Of a stretch of DNA of 54,456 nt, positions 19,390-28,998 are shown in pieces. Within the stretch, counting starts at the first letter, position 1. Each line of letters opens with the position of its first letter. The DNA is taken from IMG/VR virus record IMGVR_UViG_3300032288_004103; one strand, 5' to 3'. This stretch comes from an uncultured virus (IMG/VR IMGVR_UViG_3300032288_004103) (lineage: Duplodnaviria; Heunggongvirae; Uroviricota; Caudoviricetes). The notes beneath the pieces are model-generated. The model searched no databases. It saw only the letters and a list, made by a program, of their open reading frames with translations, and was not told the DNA's origin. The translations under genes were made by a program, and so were the position numbers.

Positions 19390-22296
19390 ATGGCAAGTAT
19401 AAGGGGAAAAATAATAAATCCTGTAACAGTTGGTGGTAATATAATTAGTGAGATAGAAACTCCTGTTAATGTTTCAGTTGGTACTAATATGAACTATAAT
19501 GCTACATCTCTATCATCATATATAGAAAGTAATAACTCATCATTTTTACTTTTAAATCTTACAAATGTAGATAATATTTTTACTTTACCTAAACCAGAAA
19601 AATACGGACAATCTATTTTTAGAAATAGATTGACAGAAAAAACATTAACTTTATTTTTATCAGGAAACAGTAGTGATCCAACATTACCTATATCTATAAA
19701 CCCAAATAATCAAATAAGTTATATAGACGGTGGAAAATCTTATAAATTTTTAACTAGTAGGAGTGAAAGTAATAATTATGATTGGGAACCTGTTAGTAAT
19801 AGAAGTTTATATAGTCATATTGAGAGATCAGATTTTGATAGTTTTGATTTTCCGCAAGTTACTATTAGGGGGGTTAGAAAAATTCCTGCAAATACGGGAG
19901 AAACTTTATGTGGGCCTGTAACATATACTGGTTATACATACGATAGATTAAATTATAATTGGTTATTTGGTAATAATAGTGGTATTAGTTTTAATCCGAT
20001 AGAAAATGGGGACACACCTATACCATTAACAGGTAGTATGATATCACAAGAGGGGGTATCATCAATATCAAACCAAAAAGGTAAATTACTTTTTTATACT
20101 AATGGAGAAACAGTTTATACAAGTGGAAATACTATAATGTTAAGTGGAACTGGATTATCTAGTTCTGGAACTTCAACACAATCCTCTATTATAGTACCTA
20201 AACCTAATTCTAATAAATATTATATTTTTACTACCGATTATAATGGTACACCAAATGGTTTTGAGTACTCAATTGTAAATATGGATTTACAAAATGGTAA
20301 TGGACAAGTAGAAGGTAAAAATATTAAATTAATAAATTTACCTTTAACTGAAAAAGTTACTGCATGTAATCATAGTAATGATGAAGATTATTGGGTTATT
20401 ACTCATACTAGTGGTGATAGTAATTTTTATGTTTATTCAGTAACGTCTTCAGGTTTAGGTGGACCAATTATAAATAATATAGGTAGTGTACATAACTCAA
20501 GCAGAGGTTATATGAAAACTTCACCTAATGGTAAAAAATTAATTTCTTTATTGTATGATGAAGATATTGTTGATATATTTGATTTTGAATCTTCTGCGGG
20601 TACTTTAAGTAATTTGATAACATTGACAGGTATGACGTTCAATGTTGGACCTTATGGTTTAGAATTTTCCTCAGACTCATCTAAATTTTATATTTCAGAA
20701 GGGGCGGGTGAAAATATTTATCAATTCGATTTATCTTATTCATCTGCAACAGATATGATTGAGAATGTTATTGAGATTGCAAAAATAAGTGGTGCTAGTT
20801 TAGGTGCATTACAAATGGGTCCTGATGAAAGAATTTATGTTGCTGATTATAATAATACAAACTTACATATTATTCACAGACCTAATGGTTTAGGTGTATT
20901 ATGTAATTTTGAAAAAAATGCATTTAGTCTAACATCTTCTACAATAACAGGAACAAGTTCTTTTTGGGGGTTACCTAATATAGTGACAACAAAATCTTAT
21001 TCTTGTGATAGATATGTTTATATTACACCTAAAAGTAAGGGTGGATTTTCATTTGAATTATTAGTTAATGATATAAATGATGTAGTCAAAAATAATAAAT
21101 TATCGTATAATGGTGAAATATATAAATACAATCAAACAGAAGGAGTTTTTAATACATCATCATTATACAATTTCTCTTTAAATTATGATACTTTAAGTGC
21201 GAATACTAAAAATAATATAAGTATACCATTATCTATTATAGGGGAAGGTGAGTTTTTATTAAAATCTTATTGGAATTATGATGTTAATACATTCTTAGCT
21301 AAACAACAAAAAGTCAATAGAAATAATATCGATACTTACAAAAGAGGTAATTTGTATGGTTTATATTATCCTGAAACAGATTGGTATTTCATAAACATGT
21401 TTAATTCCGAAAAACCTGCTTTTAATAATTCTAGTGCACCAATACCTAATGGTATTAATAATTTAATAGTTTCATCACAGTTTACATCTTCAAATGTTAC
21501 TGATTACTACATTGCTGGGTTATCTGAACCAATAGTTAGTTATAATGGATCTATATTAGCTAAAAATATTGAGTATAGTGCATTCACTAGTGGAGTTACG
21601 CAATTCATAAGACTTTTATTTACACCGTTAGATAATCAAGTAATAACTTATGCGTATGTTCAAGGAGGAGGAAACTCAGACTTAATTGCTGATTTATATA
21701 CGGTATCAGGACCAATTAGTAGTGGTATGACAGGAACACAATTAGAAACTGATAGGGTATTTTATAATACGGAAACAGGTAAATATGAATTTTATTTGGT
21801 TAGTGTTCCAGCTAGTGACGTTTTAATGAGTATTAATGGTTCCACATTAATTAATAATGTGGAATATTATCTATCTTCTACAAATAATAGAAGAGTAATT
21901 TTAGAAGAAACATTATTAAATGGTTATATTATAGAAGCATTTTACCAACCAAAAGCCTCTGCTAGTGGTGGTATAAACTCAAATAATTTAATTGTTAGTT
22001 GGTCTATTGATTCGCAACCAGAATCAACCAATGGAAAATTTACAATAGAAGTTGCATCACCTGCAGACATTAATTTCCAAAATATTTTATACTCAAAAGA
22101 AATTAGTTATGTGGTTGGACAAAGATCATATAGCGAACAATTACTATTGACAAATGCCGTTGCAGGAGATAAATTTATTTATAGAGTTAAAAATGAAAAA
22201 TTTTATACCCCTATAATTGGTGTTACTATATATTCGGTAATTTATAGTGATATAGTTAATATAGAAATACTAACAAATACTGGTATTACATATTAA
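19390..22296 (+). CDS. Putative virion/receptor-binding protein containing a Bacteroidetes-type beta-propeller domain
   Basis: The central region (NWLFGNNSGISFN...EGVSSISNQKGKLLFYTNG...STQSSIIVPKP...YYIFT...LEFSSDSSKFY...LQMGPDERIY...GLPN) resembles N-terminal propellers of Bacteroidetes surface proteins. Confidence 0.55.
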   Translation: MASIRGKIINPVTVGGNIISEIETPVNVSVGTNMNYNATSLSSYIESNNSSFLLLNLTNVDNIFTLPKPEKYGQSIFRNRLTEKTLTLFLSGNSSDPTLPISINPNNQISYIDGGKSYKFLTSRSESNNYDWEPVSNRSLYSHIERSDFDSFDFPQVTIRGVRKIPANTGETLCGPVTYTGYTYDRLNYNWLFGNNSGISFNPIENGDTPIPLTGSMISQEGVSSISNQKGKLLFYTNGETVYTSGNTIMLSGTGLSSSGTSTQSSIIVPKPNSNKYYIFTTDYNGTPNGFEYSIVNMDLQNGNGQVEGKNIKLINLPLTEKVTACNHSNDEDYWVITHTSGDSNFYVYSVTSSGLGGPIINNIGSVHNSSRGYMKTSPNGKKLISLLYDEDIVDIFDFESSAGTLSNLITLTGMTFNVGPYGLEFSSDSSKFYISEGAGENIYQFDLSYSSATDMIENVIEIAKISGASLGALQMGPDERIYVADYNNTNLHIIHRPNGLGVLCNFEKNAFSLTSSTITGTSSFWGLPNIVTTKSYSCDRYVYITPKSKGGFSFELLVNDINDVVKNNKLSYNGEIYKYNQTEGVFNTSSLYNFSLNYDTLSANTKNNISIPLSIIGEGEFLLKSYWNYDVNTFLAKQQKVNRNNIDTYKRGNLYGLYYPETDWYFINMFNSEKPAFNNSSAPIPNGINNLIVSSQFTSSNVTDYYIAGLSEPIVSYNGSILAKNIEYSAFTSGVTQFIRLLFTPLDNQVITYAYVQGGGNSDLIADLYTVSGPISSGMTGTQLETDRVFYNTETGKYEFYLVSVPASDVLMSINGSTLINNVEYYLSSTNNRRVILEETLLNGYIIEAFYQPKASASGGINSNNLIVSWSIDSQPESTNGKFTIEVASPADINFQNILYSKEISYVVGQRSYSEQLLLTNAVAGDKFIYRVKNEKFYTPIIGVTIYSVIYSDIVNIEILTNTGITY

Positions 22297-22312
22297 TAAT
22301 TTAATATTTAGA

Positions 22313-22320
22313 ATATTTAT
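22313..22320 (+). promoter_or_regulatory. ATATTTAT putative late promoter core
   Basis: Intergenic, upstream of the ATG at 22336. Confidence 0.5.
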
Positions 22321-22335
22321 TTAAAAAAGAATAAA

Positions 22336-24564
22336 ATGAGTTACATTAACAAACAAAGTACTACATTAGTAAGAGTAAAATTAACTGATATTGGTAGAGA
22401 GCAGTTAGCTAAAGGACAATTAACTTTTGCCAATTATATTATTGGTGATTCAGAAGTTGATTATAATTATGTAAAAGGATGGAAAGAATTCATACCTTCT
22501 ATAGGGGCATCAACGGGAGAATTTTATTTTGTTGAGGCGGATGGTAACATCCAAAAAAATATTTTTTCTAAAGTATTAAGACCTAAAGATGATAATCCAT
22601 TTTTTTCTACATTCTTACTTAATCAGAGTAACCAATTTGTTTTTCCATTAAATCAACAAAGTAATATACAATTAATAAAAGGTATTGTTACTAATGAGGC
22701 AGATGATAGAGGTTTTTTCTCAGGTTCTACGGTAGATAGTGGTTTAGTGGCACAAACAAGTAGTAGATTTATAAAAGAAAGTGGTACAATAGATTTATCT
22801 AAATTTGATGGTTCTATTGATTTAACTACTTTCACACAAGGTGTTTTAGTTTTAGACACACCTTTAACATCTACTACGGTTAATGATTATATTACTTTTA
22901 GATTTACTAACCCTACATTAGGAAATGTTACTGGTGATACTATGACAGCTGCAACTATCAACACCACTTTTAATATTACTTATTTAAGTGGGTCAACAAT
23001 AAGAGTAGATAGGGTATTACCTACACTAAGTGCGTATTCAGGAACAATAATAACTTATTATACTTTACCTGGTAGTGATAACCCTACTGACGATTATTAT
23101 GGTTTAAATTCTTTATCTGCTTATTGGAATACAGGTACATTATCATTTGATAGTAGTTGTGATATTTGTATGGAAAATATTCCTGTTTGGAATATGAATA
23201 ATGTTTGGACTGAGAATCCTGCAGGTTTATATAAAGATTCACCAGTTAATTATCACGAACATAATTTATTTGGTTCTGAGCAATATACAGGGGCTAAACA
23301 ATATTTAGGTTATAACGAAAAATTGACAATATGTGATTCTTGTAGTAAAAATGATCCTAGAAGTTTTATGGATACATACCAAAAATCTATTTCTATTATA
23401 CATTATACAAATAGTTGTATATCTAATTTCTATGGTGAACAATTTTATGTTGATAAAGAAACTGGTAAATTATTAAATTTAGATATACCTGTTATGTGGC
23501 ACAGAAGAAATGATGTTGGTACAGGTAGTGGTACTACATTGGGTATGAGATTTACATCAGACACTATTAAAAAAACATTAACTACGAACAATGATATTGA
23601 ATATTATGATTTAATCGAATTTAGTGGTATGTCTGTCACCCCTACATTACCACTTGTTGTAGGTAAAGTATTTCCACAATTACAAATAGTGGTAATAGAT
23701 AATGAAGAATTAATTGCGGCTATGTCATATAAGTCTAATAGAAATTATACCTTACCTGATTTGTCTGCGGAGTTAATATCACCAATAAATGGAAATTGTA
23801 CTGGAGTACTTAAATCGGGTGAAAGATTATATTTAACCTATTGGTTACAAAATTTAAGTACCGGATCAACTGGTACTACGACAGTAACCACACCTACATT
23901 ACCTTGTCAAAGATACACAGTTTTAGATAATGATACTAACACAGATAAAGATATACAATTTAGGATAAATAGTTTAGACGAATTACCTTACATGAGAAAA
24001 AGAGAAGATGTATTATATGATGGATATGGATTTTTTGCAGACACATTTAAAGTATTGGCACAAGTTGTTAATAAAAATACACAACCTAGACCATTACCTT
24101 CTAACTGGAGAGTTATTGATTTTACATCTACAAATATCACTGGAAATAGTGGTGAGACTATAAATCCGTTACTTTTCCAAAACCAAAATCCTAATGTGAC
24201 AGGATTTATTATGACAGGTTCATTATATACGGGAGCATCTATTTTTAACTTAGGTGCTGAATTAGATATGGCAAATGCAAGTTATAATGAAAGATTAACA
24301 TTTGGTGATGAAAGATTATTTTATGGTAATCTTAGAACACATATAGGTGCCACAATATATAAATCACTATTCAATATTAATATAGATGGGGCATCTATTT
24401 CATCTAGTAGTAACCCTACATATGATTTTGGTGATGATAGGTATATTAGTGAAGTGGGTATTTTAGATAATAATCAAAATTTAGTTCTTGTTGGTAAATT
24501 ATCTAGACCAATAAGAATTGCTGATTCTACAACCGCTTCCATAGAATTAACAATAGACTTTTAA
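22336..24564 (+). CDS. Putative baseplate/tail-collar protein (DUF3751-like termini)
   Basis: N-terminal KLTDIGREQLAKG...IGDSEVDY and C-terminal ISEVGILDNNQNLVLVGKLSRP resemble the two halves of the tail-collar/fibre-attachment domain. Confidence 0.5.
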   Translation: MSYINKQSTTLVRVKLTDIGREQLAKGQLTFANYIIGDSEVDYNYVKGWKEFIPSIGASTGEFYFVEADGNIQKNIFSKVLRPKDDNPFFSTFLLNQSNQFVFPLNQQSNIQLIKGIVTNEADDRGFFSGSTVDSGLVAQTSSRFIKESGTIDLSKFDGSIDLTTFTQGVLVLDTPLTSTTVNDYITFRFTNPTLGNVTGDTMTAATINTTFNITYLSGSTIRVDRVLPTLSAYSGTIITYYTLPGSDNPTDDYYGLNSLSAYWNTGTLSFDSSCDICMENIPVWNMNNVWTENPAGLYKDSPVNYHEHNLFGSEQYTGAKQYLGYNEKLTICDSCSKNDPRSFMDTYQKSISIIHYTNSCISNFYGEQFYVDKETGKLLNLDIPVMWHRRNDVGTGSGTTLGMRFTSDTIKKTLTTNNDIEYYDLIEFSGMSVTPTLPLVVGKVFPQLQIVVIDNEELIAAMSYKSNRNYTLPDLSAELISPINGNCTGVLKSGERLYLTYWLQNLSTGSTGTTTVTTPTLPCQRYTVLDNDTNTDKDIQFRINSLDELPYMRKREDVLYDGYGFFADTFKVLAQVVNKNTQPRPLPSNWRVIDFTSTNITGNSGETINPLLFQNQNPNVTGFIMTGSLYTGASIFNLGAELDMANASYNERLTFGDERLFYGNLRTHIGATIYKSLFNINIDGASISSSSNPTYDFGDDRYISEVGILDNNQNLVLVGKLSRPIRIADSTTASIELTIDF

Positions 24565-24574
24565 ATAATTAAAA

Positions 24575-25870
24575 ATGGGATTTATAAATAGTGCAACTAC
24601 AGTAACAATAAGAGCTAGATTAACTAATCTTGGTAGACAAAGATTATTAACTGGAGCAAATACAATATTCTCACATTTTATATTGGGGGATTCAGATGCA
24701 AATTACAATACTAAACCTATATTGAGTAGTGGAAGAATTCCTGTAGATAGTGGTGATTTGGGTGCTGGAAATAATACTAATGATAATATATCTGCAAATG
24801 TTGATGTTAATAGTAAAATTTTTGTTACTGTTGCCCCAACAATTAAAAAAACAGTTGAGCCAAATTCATCTAAAGTTAATATAATAACTTCTGAAATAGG
24901 TGAGACTATTTTAACTGGTTCAAATTTAACTTATTTATTAATAAATAGAAATAACTCATTAAGTCAAAATACCAATTACTTTAAAAGTTTATCATTACCA
25001 ATAACAAACGCAACTGTTAATATTTATACTGGAACAACATCACAAAATGGTGGTTGGTCAGACACACCTTTTAGTGGGTTAGGAGTATCTAAAGTTTTAA
25101 TGGGTGTTATAGATAATAGTCAGTATGGTGAAATTATAGATGGTAAAAGTATGAAAATTAGTTTACCTGTTTATACTGGATTTACTAGTGGTGGTACACC
25201 TACAGGTATTACAACTTATGAAATATATAGTACTTACCCTAGAACAACAATACCTAAAACGGATTTAGATAATCATTATATTGATGAGAGTAGTTATCCA
25301 CAATCATTATTCGGAAGAAAAGTTAATGTTTCTTATTTAGTTTCGGATAATGTAAAAAAACCTAATAATGATAGTAGTAAAAGTTGGTCTACTGGTTATG
25401 ACACATTCAAACCGTTTAGTATTAACGGTAAAGAATTAATAAATGTACAAACAGTATCTTCTACTGGTATAAATGCTGATGAAATTGTTGGTGTAGTATA
25501 TTTAGATAAGGGTATTTTTGCAATAACCAATCAAACAATAGTTAATAACATCGCAATTAATTTTAGTGGTGATACAGATACTAATATAATAAATAACGGA
25601 TTAGGACTTTACTATTATAGTGCTAGTACTTATAATACAGTTATCGATAGCATACAAAAAGATTTAGTTCAAAATATTGTGTGTATTGCGGCTAGAGGTG
25701 AATTTTATAATTCACAAAATGAAACTTTAACTGTATATGACAATGTTAGGATTAGTGAAGTTGCGATAACAGATATCGCTGGAAATGTTTTAGCAATTGG
25801 AAAAACGGATAGACATATTGTTAAAAAGAAAAATGATTTTGTAGTTTTCGATGTACAAATTATAATATAA
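24575..25870 (+). CDS. Paralogue of the preceding gene; putative baseplate/tail-collar protein
   Basis: N-terminal RLTNLGRQRLLTG...LGDSDANY and C-terminal ISEVAITDIAGNVLAIGK align with both ends of 22336..24564. Confidence 0.5.
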   Translation: MGFINSATTVTIRARLTNLGRQRLLTGANTIFSHFILGDSDANYNTKPILSSGRIPVDSGDLGAGNNTNDNISANVDVNSKIFVTVAPTIKKTVEPNSSKVNIITSEIGETILTGSNLTYLLINRNNSLSQNTNYFKSLSLPITNATVNIYTGTTSQNGGWSDTPFSGLGVSKVLMGVIDNSQYGEIIDGKSMKISLPVYTGFTSGGTPTGITTYEIYSTYPRTTIPKTDLDNHYIDESSYPQSLFGRKVNVSYLVSDNVKKPNNDSSKSWSTGYDTFKPFSINGKELINVQTVSSTGINADEIVGVVYLDKGIFAITNQTIVNNIAINFSGDTDTNIINNGLGLYYYSASTYNTVIDSIQKDLVQNIVCIAARGEFYNSQNETLTVYDNVRISEVAITDIAGNVLAIGKTDRHIVKKKNDFVVFDVQIII

Positions 25871-25887
25871 ATTATTTTTAAAGTTTT

Positions 25888-26520
25888 ATGAGTAGAGTAT
25901 TAGGGTTGGACGTTTCAACCAAAACTATCGGAATTTCCTTATTTGAAGATTTGGGTGATAATGGAAAATTACAATTGTTAACGCACATCACACCAAACGT
26001 TAAACCAAAACCACAAGATAATATTGAGTTACTGATAAAAAAAGCTCAAATATTTCAGTTTGAATTTTTAGAAAAGTATAGTGATATTGATATTACTCGA
26101 GTAATAATTGAGGAACCTTTATTACAATCTAATAATGTTAATACCGTTTCTACACTATTAAGATTTAATGGTATGATATGTAGGTCAGTATATGAGGTTT
26201 TAAATATTGTGCCTGAATTTATATCTTCTTACGATGCTAGAAAATACGGTTTCCCTGATTTAATGCAGTTAAGAACGCATAATAAAAAAGGTGAGGCGTA
26301 TACTGAAAAAGAAATGGAAAAAAAACAACCAGTTTTGTTTGGATCTTATGACTGGGATATTGATAAAAAAGTAGTTATTTGGGAAAAAGTTAATGAAAGA
26401 GAACCTCAAATAGTATGGATGTATGATAAACATCAGAGGTTGACAAAAGAAAATTATGATATGACAGATGCTTATGCTTGTGTTTTAGGACAGATGAGAA
26501 AAGAAGGTAAGTGGAAATAA
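25888..26520 (+). CDS. RuvC-like Holliday junction resolvase (RNase H fold)
   Basis: VLGLDVSTKTIG first strand, IIEEP second acidic residue, C-terminal DMTDAY. Confidence 0.7.
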   Translation: MSRVLGLDVSTKTIGISLFEDLGDNGKLQLLTHITPNVKPKPQDNIELLIKKAQIFQFEFLEKYSDIDITRVIIEEPLLQSNNVNTVSTLLRFNGMICRSVYEVLNIVPEFISSYDARKYGFPDLMQLRTHNKKGEAYTEKEMEKKQPVLFGSYDWDIDKKVVIWEKVNEREPQIVWMYDKHQRLTKENYDMTDAYACVLGQMRKEGKWK

Positions 26521-26540
26521 TATCGTTTAATTAAACGATA
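26521..26540. repeat. Perfect 20-bp palindrome TATCGTTTAATTAAACGATA
   Basis: The reverse complement equals the forward sequence. Confidence 0.9.
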
Positions 26541-26545
26541 ATTTG

Positions 26546-26575
26546 AAATATCGTCTTTTTAGGCGATATTTTTTT
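26546..26575 (+). terminator. Rho-independent terminator-like hairpin
   Basis: AAATATCGTCT-tttt-AGGCGATATTT 11-bp stem (one G-U) followed by a T run, at the end of the structural/RuvC run. Confidence 0.65.
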
Positions 26576-26603
26576 GTTTATTAAAAATATATTTTTATAT
26601 TTG
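26573..26603 (+). promoter_or_regulatory. Bacteroidetes-type sigma70 promoter
   Basis: TTTG(26573-76)-N19-TATATTTG(26596-603), upstream of primase. Confidence 0.65.
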
Positions 26604-26611
26604 TATCATAT

Positions 26612-27565
26612 ATGTCAGAAATAGTTGTCGAAATATTAGAAGGTTTTTTAGGTGAACCAAAAAAACATTATAAAGATAGGTGTCAAATATCTTTTGATTG
26701 TCCTGTTTGTTCTTACGACATCAAAGGATTAGAAAAGGGAGACGGTAAAGGTAACTTAGAAATTAATTATGAAAGTAATGTTTTTAAATGTTGGGCTTGT
26801 TCTGAAACCAATAATACGCATGGTTCCATATTAAATCTAATAAAAAGATATGGTACAAAATCTGATTTAAAAAAATATAAATTAGTAACTCCAGATTTAA
26901 TTAAACCTATTGATGAATCTGAGATTAAAAAAATAGACGGGTTACCAAAAGAGTTTATACCATTAACGGATGAAGGTTATGGTGATGGGTATAAAAAATC
27001 TATGGAATATCTTAATAAAAGAAATATTGATTTAGAAACTATAAAAAAATTTAATATTGGGTATTGTGACGATGGTGATTATAAAGGTAGAATAATTTTT
27101 CCTTCTTACGACATACATAACGATATTAATTATTTTTTAGGTAGAAGCTATAGTAAATTTTCAAAACTAAAATATAAAAATCCAGACATACCAAAAACAG
27201 AAATAATTTTCAATGAAAATAGAATTATTTGGGATTCTAATATATACATAGTTGAGGGTGTTTTCGATCATATAGTTGTGCCGAATAGTATACCTATGTT
27301 AGGTAAAGTTATGAGTGAAAATTTATTTACTAAATTAGTTAGGAAGGCGGAGTGTAAAGTTATAATTCTTTTAGATTCGGACGCATATTTGGATGCAATA
27401 AAACTATATAAAAAATTAAATTCGACTAAATTGATGAATAGGGTTATGATAATAAAATTACCTGATGGTTATGATATTTCAGACATTAATCAAAAATTAG
27501 GAAAAAAAGGTGTTATAGATTTATTATCTACTGCAAAAAAAATAAAAGAAAGTTTGTTATATTAA
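26612..27565 (+). CDS. dnaG: DNA primase (Zn-finger + TOPRIM)
   Basis: CPVC...CWAC zinc finger, GRIIFP, LGRS, KYKNP, VEGVFD and LDSDA TOPRIM motifs. Confidence 0.9.
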   Translation: MSEIVVEILEGFLGEPKKHYKDRCQISFDCPVCSYDIKGLEKGDGKGNLEINYESNVFKCWACSETNNTHGSILNLIKRYGTKSDLKKYKLVTPDLIKPIDESEIKKIDGLPKEFIPLTDEGYGDGYKKSMEYLNKRNIDLETIKKFNIGYCDDGDYKGRIIFPSYDIHNDINYFLGRSYSKFSKLKYKNPDIPKTEIIFNENRIIWDSNIYIVEGVFDHIVVPNSIPMLGKVMSENLFTKLVRKAECKVIILLDSDAYLDAIKLYKKLNSTKLMNRVMIIKLPDGYDISDINQKLGKKGVIDLLSTAKKIKESLLY

Positions 27566-27583
27566 TTTTTTTAATTATATTTG
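27553..27583 (+). promoter_or_regulatory. Bacteroidetes-type sigma70 promoter
   Basis: TTTG(27553-56)-N19-TATATTTG(27576-83). Confidence 0.6.
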
Positions 27584-27606
27584 TCTAATAAAAATAAATA
27601 AACATT

Positions 27607-27870
27607 ATGAAAAAGGGTGGTTTAAAAACAAATACTTTAATTTTTTTAAGAAAAATTAATTTGTTATCAAGAAAAGAACAACCGATTAAACCTATGAAAA
27701 TTAAGACAGTTGTTGGTTATGATGAAAATTATTCAGATTTAGAATCTCAAAGACATGTCTTTATCCTAAATCGTCTTAGCGTAAGAAAAGGTTGTAAATT
27801 TAATATAGAAACAAAAACTTGTGTCTGTGGAGCAAGTGTAGATGATTTCTTAACTAAGAAATATTGTTAG
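27607..27870 (+). CDS. Small basic hypothetical protein with a C-terminal Cys cluster
   Basis: 87 aa with its own promoter; GC..CVCG...C. Confidence 0.55.
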   Translation: MKKGGLKTNTLIFLRKINLLSRKEQPIKPMKIKTVVGYDENYSDLESQRHVFILNRLSVRKGCKFNIETKTCVCGASVDDFLTKKYC

Positions 27871-28496
27871 TATTTGTTTAGGGTGGGCTTTACGTATGTT
27901 TTATCTCTAACTAAAGCAGAATCTAATTTAGGGTTGTAATAGTCATTGTCTAAATTGTCACTATCATTATAGTTACTACCACCAGTGTCGGCAACACTTT
28001 TGATTAATTCACCGACTATACGTAACCCATCCCAATGGCAATCTAAAGTATTTTTGTATCCTTTACAACTTCTTTTTGTTCCTGCTACATTATTACCTGT
28101 ACAGTTATCTACATTAGTTGTACCTAATATATTATTTTTATTAATACCTGATGATGTTACATTGTTTAATGTACCTAATGAACAAGTGTAGGGATCGACT
28201 ATATACATTTTAGATTTATCTGTCACTACAGGTGATATTGAATTTGCCCACTTACATCCAGCACTAAATAAAACAACATAACAATTTGGGTTTGATTTTA
28301 TAGATTCTAATGCACCGTTTAAATCAATATATCTATGATCTATAATAGTAAAATTATCACCTAAACCACTTTTTAATTTTTGTGTTTGCCAAGATAATTT
28401 TTCATATCCCGCACCATCTAACCCAGCGACAAAAACTACAACTGGTTTAGTTATATTAAATTCTTCTTTTAAAATTTTTTTAATTAATCTTTTCAT
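27867..28496 (-). CDS. Hypothetical protein, possible alpha/beta-hydrolase fold, with N-terminal leader MKRLIKKILKEE
   Basis: VVFVAGL strand, LFSAG nucleophile-elbow-like motif, IVDP and a late His. Confidence 0.45.
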   Translation of the reverse strand: MKRLIKKILKEEFNITKPVVVFVAGLDGAGYEKLSWQTQKLKSGLGDNFTIIDHRYIDLNGALESIKSNPNCYVVLFSAGCKWANSISPVVTDKSKMYIVDPYTCSLGTLNNVTSSGINKNNILGTTNVDNCTGNNVAGTKRSCKGYKNTLDCHWDGLRIVGELIKSVADTGGSNYNDSDNLDNDYYNPKLDSALVRDKTYVKPTLNKY

Positions 28497-28942
28497 TGTT
28501 TTTGAATATTAACATCATAATCCCAAGTGTCTAAAACATCTGTACGCATCTCGTCTTCATCTATTTGATATTCATTAATTGCATATTCCATAATAGAAGG
28601 TAGATAAGTATTCATTGTATATCTTTCATCGTATTGGACAGTTGCATAATATGTTCTATTTCCTTTAAATGTTTTTAAAGTGGGTATTAATATATCATCA
28701 TCGTTTAATTTGATAGATGATAATATATTACCACCATACTCTTTTAAGTTTAAATAGTATGATGCATAAATAAAATCTATTTTATCTTGCTCACCCTCCA
28801 ATCCAAGTGAATTACCTATAAATTCGTAAAATTCTTCATATGTACTAGCATCAGTCTCCATATCCAAAATAGTGTAGTCGTCACCAAACTCACTATAAAT
28901 TAAAGTAAAAACTTTTTTTAAAAATTTACTATCAAACATCAT
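28493..28942 (-). CDS. Acidic hypothetical protein
   Basis: 149-aa ORF overlapping the next minus-strand gene by 4 nt. Confidence 0.6.
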   Translation of the reverse strand: MMFDSKFLKKVFTLIYSEFGDDYTILDMETDASTYEEFYEFIGNSLGLEGEQDKIDFIYASYYLNLKEYGGNILSSIKLNDDDILIPTLKTFKGNRTYYATVQYDERYTMNTYLPSIMEYAINEYQIDEDEMRTDVLDTWDYDVNIQKQ

Positions 28943-28982
28943 ATATTGTTTTTTTAGAAAAAAATTATTATTCTTATAAAAT

Positions 28983-28990
28983 ATAAATAT
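28983..28990 (-). promoter_or_regulatory. ATATTTAT putative late promoter core (minus strand)
   Basis: The plus strand reads ATAAATAT, upstream of the minus-strand pair. Confidence 0.4.
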
Positions 28991-28998
28991 AAAGAAAT

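Noticed and set aside
1..25870. Eukaryotic giant virus origin suggested by Cys-rich proteins and DUF2828
   Set aside because: The sigma70, DnaG-type primase, peptidoglycan hydrolases, bacterial promoters and terminators indicate a bacteriophage.
25888..26520. TnpB/Cas12 or transposase RuvC domain
   Set aside because: It is only 210 aa, with no zinc finger/HTH or flanking IS ends, and fits a stand-alone resolvase.
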